Source of the DNA: a virus
Direction: 5' to 3' (one strand)
Virus genome (UHGV): UHGV-0180691
DNA: 40,865 nt
In this document: one piece after another, positions 35,031 to 40,865 of the stretch
Position numbering within the stretch: the stretch's first letter is position 1
How the letters are laid out: every line of letters starts with the position of its first letter
Made by a program: the position numbers and the translations under genes
Notes under the pieces: generated by a model
The model's input: the letters and a program-made list of their open reading frames with translations, nothing else
Told to the model about the DNA's origin: nothing
Databases searched by the model: none

Positions 35031-36356
35031 ATGGCTGAGAAGTATTACAGTATTCTGACCAACAGAGGCAAAGAGCTGGAGGCGCAGTCTTCTGCGACCG
35101 GGAAGCCCGTCATAATTAAAGATTTTGTAGTAGGTGATGGTAACGGCCAGCCGGTTAAGCCTGACCCGGCATTAACAGCCCTTGTTCGCGAAGTTTATCG
35201 TGCGGCGGTTTCATCATTGCAGGTCTCACCGGAACAGGCTAATCAGTTTATTGCGCAGCTTGTACTGCCTGCCGATGTGGGCGGCTTTGTAGTCAGGGAG
35301 GTCGGACTTTTGACCGATGCAGGCGAGCTTTATGCTGTAGCGAACTGTGCCGCGATCGAGAAGCCAGTAAGTGGTATCAGCGTTAAACTCCAGTTTAGAC
35401 TCGCTGTGTCTGAAACGGCTGATATCGAGCTGAAGGTTTCAACGGGCGATGGGTTGTTTCTGCGACAGGATGCAAACCTGAGTGATGTGATGGATATAGT
35501 CAGGGCACGGAAAAACCTTGGGCTGAAAGAGGCAGCAGTTCTGGATGTTGGGACAAAAGCTGGCACTGTGGCGGCAGGGGATGACGAACGCATTACCGGC
35601 GCTGTGCAGCGCGCTGGTGACGAAATGGCGGGATCTCTTTCTATCACTGACTCAACCGCACTCCGCTTAAAGCAGAAAGATGTGAGTACCCTTTTCCGCT
35701 TTGACGGTACAACGTTTTACCTGATGTTTACAAAAAAAGGTGATCCGAATGGCGGGTATAACAATTTACGTCCTTTTTATGTTGATGCAAATACCGGGGC
35801 TGTAACCCTAGGTAATGTAGTTAAGGCCCCTGCGGGAATTACTGCAAATTCAATTACGTCGAATACAAGTGTTTTCATCGAGAGTGACGACCGTCAGCAT
35901 ATTATTTTTCAAAATAAAGATGGCACCCCGAGAGCATATATTTATAAAGACCGTAATTCCGATCTTCGTCTGAATAACGGTAATGAGGGGGGCGGAGATT
36001 TTGTTATCTCACGTACCGGTGACCTCTTGTGGGGCCCGAATGGAGCGAGACTGAGCTATGACGGGAATCTCTACGGCTCTGTATGGGGCGGTTGGCTGTC
36101 AAACTGGCTAACTGGGCGGCTTGGGGCGAAGGCGGAAATTAACTGGGTGCAGTCAAATTTCATCACTGATGTCGCGCTCGGTGCCGAGGGGTCATTCATC
36201 ATTGCTAAAAATGCATGGCAGCGCGCGCCTGCTGGATGTGTCCTTACTGGTTACAACGCCGAAGGTAACGAACCTGTAAACGATACATTATTTTACCGCC
36301 CCATTCAGAAATATGTTCCGACTGTCGGCTGGATGGTCATTGGTCACACTGCATAG
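35031..36356 (+). CDS. tail fiber protein (conserved N-terminus, variable C-terminal receptor-binding region)
   Basis: 441 aa; N-terminal MAEKYYSILTNRGKELEAQ...VVGDGNGQPV typical of P2 H / Mu S-type fibers; C-terminal part visibly lower GC. Confidence 0.8.
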   Translation: MAEKYYSILTNRGKELEAQSSATGKPVIIKDFVVGDGNGQPVKPDPALTALVREVYRAAVSSLQVSPEQANQFIAQLVLPADVGGFVVREVGLLTDAGELYAVANCAAIEKPVSGISVKLQFRLAVSETADIELKVSTGDGLFLRQDANLSDVMDIVRARKNLGLKEAAVLDVGTKAGTVAAGDDERITGAVQRAGDEMAGSLSITDSTALRLKQKDVSTLFRFDGTTFYLMFTKKGDPNGGYNNLRPFYVDANTGAVTLGNVVKAPAGITANSITSNTSVFIESDDRQHIIFQNKDGTPRAYIYKDRNSDLRLNNGNEGGGDFVISRTGDLLWGPNGARLSYDGNLYGSVWGGWLSNWLTGRLGAKAEINWVQSNFITDVALGAEGSFIIAKNAWQRAPAGCVLTGYNAEGNEPVNDTLFYRPIQKYVPTVGWMVIGHTA

Positions 36357-36366
36357 GACACATGGT

Positions 36367-36894
36367 ATGGCATTAACACTTAAAAATTTAACGATTTACA
36401 CACCTGAATATTACGACCTGATGATTCAGGCGATTTATCTTCAAACAGAAGATGGTCTGGACTGGTATCTACATTTGACCCGCTTCCAGCCTGATACGCT
36501 GAAAATTTGTTTTGATGATAAAGGGGTAATCCGATCATACCATGCTGACGCGTCACGCCTTTATCCGTTGAATCTTTCGGTAACTGAGGTCAATACCGCC
36601 GATGTGCCGGATGGCCTGAATATTTACGGTGAATGGATGTGGAACGGCGAAAAAATAATTCCACGTGAGTTTACCCGGCAGGAAAAAATCGACCAGGCAG
36701 AAGCCCATCGTTCAGAATTGATCGCCGCTGCAGGGGAAAAAATTGCACCACTCCAGGATGCCAGCGATTTGGGTATTGCCACAAAAATGGAGGCGGATCA
36801 ACTGATGGCGTGGAAGTCCTACCGGGTGAAACTAAACCGCCTGGTGTTCACAAATGATCAGGAGATCAGCTGGCCGTCACCACCAGAAACATAA
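36367..36894 (+). CDS. tail fiber assembly protein (Tfa/gpG-like chaperone)
   Basis: ATG 36367; 175 aa; follows the tail fiber gene. Confidence 0.7.
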   Translation: MALTLKNLTIYTPEYYDLMIQAIYLQTEDGLDWYLHLTRFQPDTLKICFDDKGVIRSYHADASRLYPLNLSVTEVNTADVPDGLNIYGEWMWNGEKIIPREFTRQEKIDQAEAHRSELIAAAGEKIAPLQDASDLGIATKMEADQLMAWKSYRVKLNRLVFTNDQEISWPSPPET

Positions 36895-37074
36895 ATAGTT
36901 AGCCTCAAGCCTTTACCAGGCGGGCTTTATGTTGCTGCTGGCTCCTGTTATTGCACTCTTTTTAAAATTTACAAACGCAATAATTCTAAAGCCAAGAGAA
37001 ACTTAGAAACGAAACGGTGAAGCTTTGAACAGTCACGATAGGGCCTGTATCTTGCGGACAATTACAAATAAAAC

Positions 37075-37094
37075 TACTGTATATAAAAACAGTG
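37075..37094. promoter_or_regulatory. LexA binding site (SOS box) in umuDC promoter
   Basis: TACTGTATATAAAAACAGTG = CTGT-N8-ACAG consensus, 16 nt upstream of umuD start codon. Confidence 0.85.
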
Positions 37095-37109
37095 TTTGAG
37101 GTGTGTGCA

Positions 37110-37529
37110 ATGGAATTCATCAGGCCAACAGAACTGCGAGAAATTATCGCTCTCCCGCTTTTCAGTGACTTAGTTCAGTGTGGTTTCCCAAGTCCTGCAG
37201 CTGATTACGTTGAACAGCGTATCGATCTCAATGAGTTACTTGTCGCTCACCCGAGTTCAACGTATTTCGTCAAAGCCGCGGGTGATTCTATGATCGAAGC
37301 CGGGATCAGCGACGGTGATCTTCTGGTGGTGGACAGCTCCAGGACTGCTGAGCATGGTGATATTGTCATCGCTGCGGTGGAAGGGGAGTTCACTGTTAAA
37401 CGCCTTCAGCTGCGCCCGACCGTGCAACTCAATCCTATGAACAGCGCCTATAGTCCGATTGTTGTGGGCAGCGAAGACACGCTGGACGTTTTCGGCGTCG
37501 TGACTTTCATCGTTAAATCTGCGAGCTGA
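37110..37529 (+). CDS. umuD: UmuD, error-prone polymerase V accessory subunit (S24 autopeptidase)
   Basis: 139 aa; near-identical stretches to E. coli UmuD as I recall it ([44 protein letters not shown]); LexA box upstream. Confidence 0.85.
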   Translation: MEFIRPTELREIIALPLFSDLVQCGFPSPAADYVEQRIDLNELLVAHPSSTYFVKAAGDSMIEAGISDGDLLVVDSSRTAEHGDIVIAAVEGEFTVKRLQLRPTVQLNPMNSAYSPIVVGSEDTLDVFGVVTFIVKSAS

Positions 37530-37531
37530 AT

Positions 37532-38800
37532 ATGTTTGCGCTCTGTGATGTGAATTCGTTCTACGCATCATGCGAGACGGTGTTTCGGCCAGATTTGAAA
37601 GGGCGGCCAGTGGTTGTTCTTTCGAATAATGATGGCTGTGTAATAGCACGAAGCGCCGAGGCCAAAGCCGCTGGAATTACTATGGGAGAGCCGTTCTTTA
37701 AGCAAAAGGAGCTTTTCCGGCGCGCTGGCGTTGTCTGCTTCAGCAGCAACTATGAGCTGTATGCTGATATGTCGAACCGGGTAATGACGACGCTTGAGGA
37801 AATGAGCCCCCGCGTTGAAATTTACAGTATCGATGAAGCTTTTTGTGACCTGACGGGCGTTAGGAACTGCCGGGACCTGACTGACTTTGGCAAAGAGATC
37901 CGCGCTACAGTTCTGAAGCGAACGCACTTGACTGTCGGGGTTGGCATTGCCCAGACAAAGACATTGGCGAAGCTTGCCAATCACGCAGCGAAGAAATGGC
38001 AGCGCCAGACCGGCGGGGTAGTGGACCTGTCGAACATTGACCGTCAGCGGCGGTTACTGGCTATTGTACCTGTGGAGGATGTATGGGGTGTCGGCAGACG
38101 CATTAGCAAAAAGCTGAACGCCATGGGCATCAAAACAGCTCTGGACCTCTCAGAACAAAGCACCTGGATTATCCGTAAACACTTTAACGTTGTACTCGAG
38201 CGAACTGTCCGGGAACTGCGCGGTGAACCATGTCTGGAGCTTGAAGAGTTTGCGCCGGCAAAGCAGGAAATCGTGTGCAGCAGGTCTTTTGGTGAACGCG
38301 TCACCGAATACGAACAGATGCGGCAAGCTATTTGCAGCTATGCGGCGCGTGGTGCCGAAAAGCTTCGGGGCGAGCATCAGTATTGCCGCTTTATCTCTGC
38401 CTTCGTGAAAACCTCTCCATTCGCGCTTAATGAGCCGTATTACGGTAATAGCGCTTCAATGAAGCTTCTCATACCTACACAGGATTCCCGCGACATTATC
38501 AACGCCGCAGTAAAGTGCCTGGACAAAATCTGGAAGGATGGTCACCGGTACCAGAAGGCAGGAATCATGCTTGGGGATTTTTTCAGCCAGGGTGTGGCCC
38601 AACTTAACTTGTTCGACGATAACGCCCCGCGGGCCGGCAGCGAAAGGTTGATGGAGGTGCTTGATCACTTGAACGACAAAGATGGAAAAGGCACCCTGTA
38701 CTTCGCGGGGCAGGGCATTCAGCAGCAGTGGCAGATGAAACGAGAAATGTTGTCGCCGCGATATACGACGAGATATTCAGATCTGCTAAGAGTCCGATAA
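37532..38800 (+). CDS. umuC: UmuC, Y-family DNA polymerase V catalytic subunit
   Basis: 422 aa; N-terminal [15 protein letters not shown] and SIDEAF motifs of Y-family polymerases; immediately downstream of umuD. Confidence 0.9.
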   Translation: MFALCDVNSFYASCETVFRPDLKGRPVVVLSNNDGCVIARSAEAKAAGITMGEPFFKQKELFRRAGVVCFSSNYELYADMSNRVMTTLEEMSPRVEIYSIDEAFCDLTGVRNCRDLTDFGKEIRATVLKRTHLTVGVGIAQTKTLAKLANHAAKKWQRQTGGVVDLSNIDRQRRLLAIVPVEDVWGVGRRISKKLNAMGIKTALDLSEQSTWIIRKHFNVVLERTVRELRGEPCLELEEFAPAKQEIVCSRSFGERVTEYEQMRQAICSYAARGAEKLRGEHQYCRFISAFVKTSPFALNEPYYGNSASMKLLIPTQDSRDIINAAVKCLDKIWKDGHRYQKAGIMLGDFFSQGVAQLNLFDDNAPRAGSERLMEVLDHLNDKDGKGTLYFAGQGIQQQWQMKREMLSPRYTTRYSDLLRVR

Positions 38801-38932
38801 GTATTCCTGATGTCTTGGTCCGCTTTGTGTCATTCGCAGACATTGGCGGAATAGAAAGCAGCCGTGATGTGTTTTCATTAACTATGGTTACGTTAGAATA
38901 GGCTCGTTGAAAACGAGATAACTGGAGTATAA

Positions 38933-39577
38933 ATGTTTGCTGATTTTGGTATCGTGAATTTCTGGACGTACCTGCTTGGTGCGACGCTGATCGTCCTTGC
39001 GCCTGGCCCTGAAACCATGTTCGTGATTAAAACGAGCATCACCAGCGGCATCAAGCGGGGCTTTGCTGCCATATTTTCCATTCTACTGAGCGACGTTATT
39101 CTGGTTCTGCTGGCATGGTGTGGGCTGGCCGCGGTCATAAGCTCAACCCCTGCCTTGTTTAACGCCATCAAATACGCAGGCGCTGTTTATCTTTTCTATC
39201 TCGGTGTCCAGACGATACGCGCTATCTTTAAGCAAACTGTCGAAACAAGTGAGGAAAAGAACTCTTCAGCTGATACCGGGGGGATCATCGGACGCGGAAT
39301 GCTGGTTACTCTTCTGAATCCAAAAACACTGCTGTTCTATATCTCTTTCTTCGCCCAGTTTATCAATGTTCAGGCTGAACACTCCTGGATGGCGTTCATC
39401 ATTCTGGCAGCAGTGATGTTCGCAATTACTCTCGTTTATTTCGGCTTTCTCGTTTTCTGCGGCTCTTATCTGCTCAGTCGTCTGAAAGGTAATCGTAGAT
39501 TATCGGCGATTGGAAACGCGTTGGTAGGGATGTTCTTCATTGGATTTGCAGCACGGCTCGCAAGCGCAACTTCTTAA
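38933..39577 (+). CDS. leuE: LysE/RhtB-family amino-acid exporter (LeuE/YeaS-like)
   Basis: 214 aa, about six predicted TM helices; strong similarity to E. coli LeuE as recalled (MFAEYGVLNYWTYLVGA...); GGAG RBS. Confidence 0.75.
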   Translation: MFADFGIVNFWTYLLGATLIVLAPGPETMFVIKTSITSGIKRGFAAIFSILLSDVILVLLAWCGLAAVISSTPALFNAIKYAGAVYLFYLGVQTIRAIFKQTVETSEEKNSSADTGGIIGRGMLVTLLNPKTLLFYISFFAQFINVQAEHSWMAFIILAAVMFAITLVYFGFLVFCGSYLLSRLKGNRRLSAIGNALVGMFFIGFAARLASATS

Positions 39578-39588
39578 CTGGACAGCTA

Positions 39589-39611
39589 AACCGCCGTGAG
39601 GCGGTTTTTTT
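39589..39611 (+). terminator. rho-independent terminator after leuE-like gene
   Basis: Stem AACCGCC / GGCGGTT with loop GTGA followed by T7. Confidence 0.7.
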
Positions 39612-39678
39612 CGTAATTTTGCTGGATGGTACGTCCGCTTATCGCTTATTTCGAGCGTGCAACGTCTGCTTTGTCCTT

Positions 39679-40350
39679 TCATCCTGTAGCCTCTATAAGC
39701 TCCGGCCCTTGATTCTTCACGTTCCCCACGGCGTGCGTCACGGCGTGCCATATAAACTTGTCTGCTGGAACAGCACCGTCAGCTGCTATCTCTTCAGCTT
39801 CTTTCCCTCCTATATCTTGACGCATCCACTCCCGGGCGGCTGCTGGCGACAAAACAAGTGGTCGACGGTCGTGAATATCTACCAGACCTTTATCCGCTGC
39901 CGATGTCACAATGAGAAAACCTTCCGCATCATCGCCGCGCTCAAACGGTGTGCTGCCGATCGCCGCCATAAAAATCGGCTGGCCGTCTGCCCGGTGAATG
40001 AAATATGGCTGCTTTCTGTCGCCTTCCTTCTTCCACTCGAACCATCCATCAGCAAAGCAGATTGCCCGGCCATGCTGCCAGAGAGGCTTGAACATCCTGC
40101 TGGTGGCCGCTGTCTCGACACGCGCGTTTATCAATGGTGCTTTATCCCACCATCCTGGCGCGTAAGACCACAGGACCGGATCAAGATGCAGCTGCTCGTC
40201 GCGTTCGCTCAGCAGCAGAACTTTGGTACCAGGCGCCACGTTGTACCGGCCAATAGGTTCCGGATCATACGCAATGTCACGGTCGGCTTCATCGGCCAGG
40301 TATGACAGATATTCTTCACGGGTCTGGGCTTGTGCAAAACGTCCACACAT
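39679..40350 (-). CDS. yedK: SOS-response-associated peptidase (SRAP, abasic-site processing protein YedK)
   Basis: 223 aa starting MCGRFAQ (catalytic Cys2); high similarity to E. coli YedK as recalled. Confidence 0.85.
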   Translation of the reverse strand: MCGRFAQAQTREEYLSYLADEADRDIAYDPEPIGRYNVAPGTKVLLLSERDEQLHLDPVLWSYAPGWWDKAPLINARVETAATSRMFKPLWQHGRAICFADGWFEWKKEGDRKQPYFIHRADGQPIFMAAIGSTPFERGDDAEGFLIVTSAADKGLVDIHDRRPLVLSPAAAREWMRQDIGGKEAEEIAADGAVPADKFIWHAVTHAVGNVKNQGPELIEATG

Positions 40351-40575
40351 AGAAACCTCCAGTCAGTCAGACTGAAAGTATAGGGCAGGGAGAAAAAGTA
40401 GCGCGCGCTGGTTAAGTCTTACAAACGGATTCGCGGTGAATATGCTGATGAGGATGAAATGCGTAAAGCGATACGTTGTGAAACTGGAAGGAGTTACGCA
40501 AAGTTGCGACAAAGCCAAAAGAGAACGCTAAATCCGGTAGGGGATCCGGGTTCGCTGTGATGACAATATGGAAAT

Positions 40576-40815
40576 TCATTCATTAGTAAGCCACATATCA
40601 GACTCTTCAAACATATCCTCCAGCATACGGTTCAACTTTTCACGGTCACTTTTGCTGGCATCACTATTCAATCCGTTAGCCTGCATAGGCTTAACCTTCA
40701 CTTCAGCATCAGGGAATATGCTATGAACTCGCCTCGTCAGCTCAGCCAAAATAATTTCTCTTGCGCCATCCAAGCCCTGAACATTTCGCTTATCGTAAAC
40801 CAACTCAACAAACAT
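40576..40815 (-). CDS. dinI: DinI-family DNA-damage-inducible protein
   Basis: 79 aa acidic protein with DinI-like C-terminus (EESDMWLTNE); AGGAGA RBS; possible LexA box truncated by the window end. Confidence 0.7.
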   Translation of the reverse strand: MFVELVYDKRNVQGLDGAREIILAELTRRVHSIFPDAEVKVKPMQANGLNSDASKSDREKLNRMLEDMFEESDMWLTNE

Positions 40816-40865
40816 AACAGTCTCCTTAATCTCTGTGAGGGGAGGTTATATTTTTACTGTAAATA

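Noticed and set aside
36895-37074. Searched the region after the tail fiber assembly gene for a tRNA or tmRNA fragment marking attR
   Set aside because: No tRNA-like 3' end (GGTTCGAATCC...CCA-type) recognisable by eye; the prophage boundary remains unassigned.
40854-40865. Possible LexA box (CTGTAAATA...) upstream of the dinI-like gene
   Set aside because: The motif runs off the end of the window, so the second half-site cannot be seen.

Overview
This window is an almost complete temperate prophage of roughly 36 kb (about 720-36894) followed by an SOS-regulated host block (umuD, umuC, leuE, yedK, dinI-like). All calls rest on reading the supplied ORF translations and the nucleotide sequence by eye; no searches or computations were run. 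The prophage is a mosaic: lambdoid integration, immunity, replication, lysis and packaging modules; a single fused protease-scaffold-major capsid gene; and a P2/Mu-like contractile tail. The lysis cassette is phage-21-type and contains an embedded o-spanin that the ORF track missed. The prophage carries three DNA methyltransferase genes of different classes. I did not find one clear novel multi-gene system. The strongest accessory candidates are two AT-rich single-gene inserts encoding predicted membrane proteins (17355-17852 in the lysis-terminase gap and 5-706 beside the integrase), the methyltransferase in the Q-lysis slot, and a C5-methyltransferase with a repeat-rich variable region. Other observations are iteron-like repeats inside the replication gene, a TTGCG/CGCAA operator family at both ends of the repressor gene, two long homopolymer tracts in coding sequence, and a canonical LexA box upstream of umuDC. 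The attachment sites were not resolved. No tRNA, rRNA, CRISPR array or IS element was recognised.
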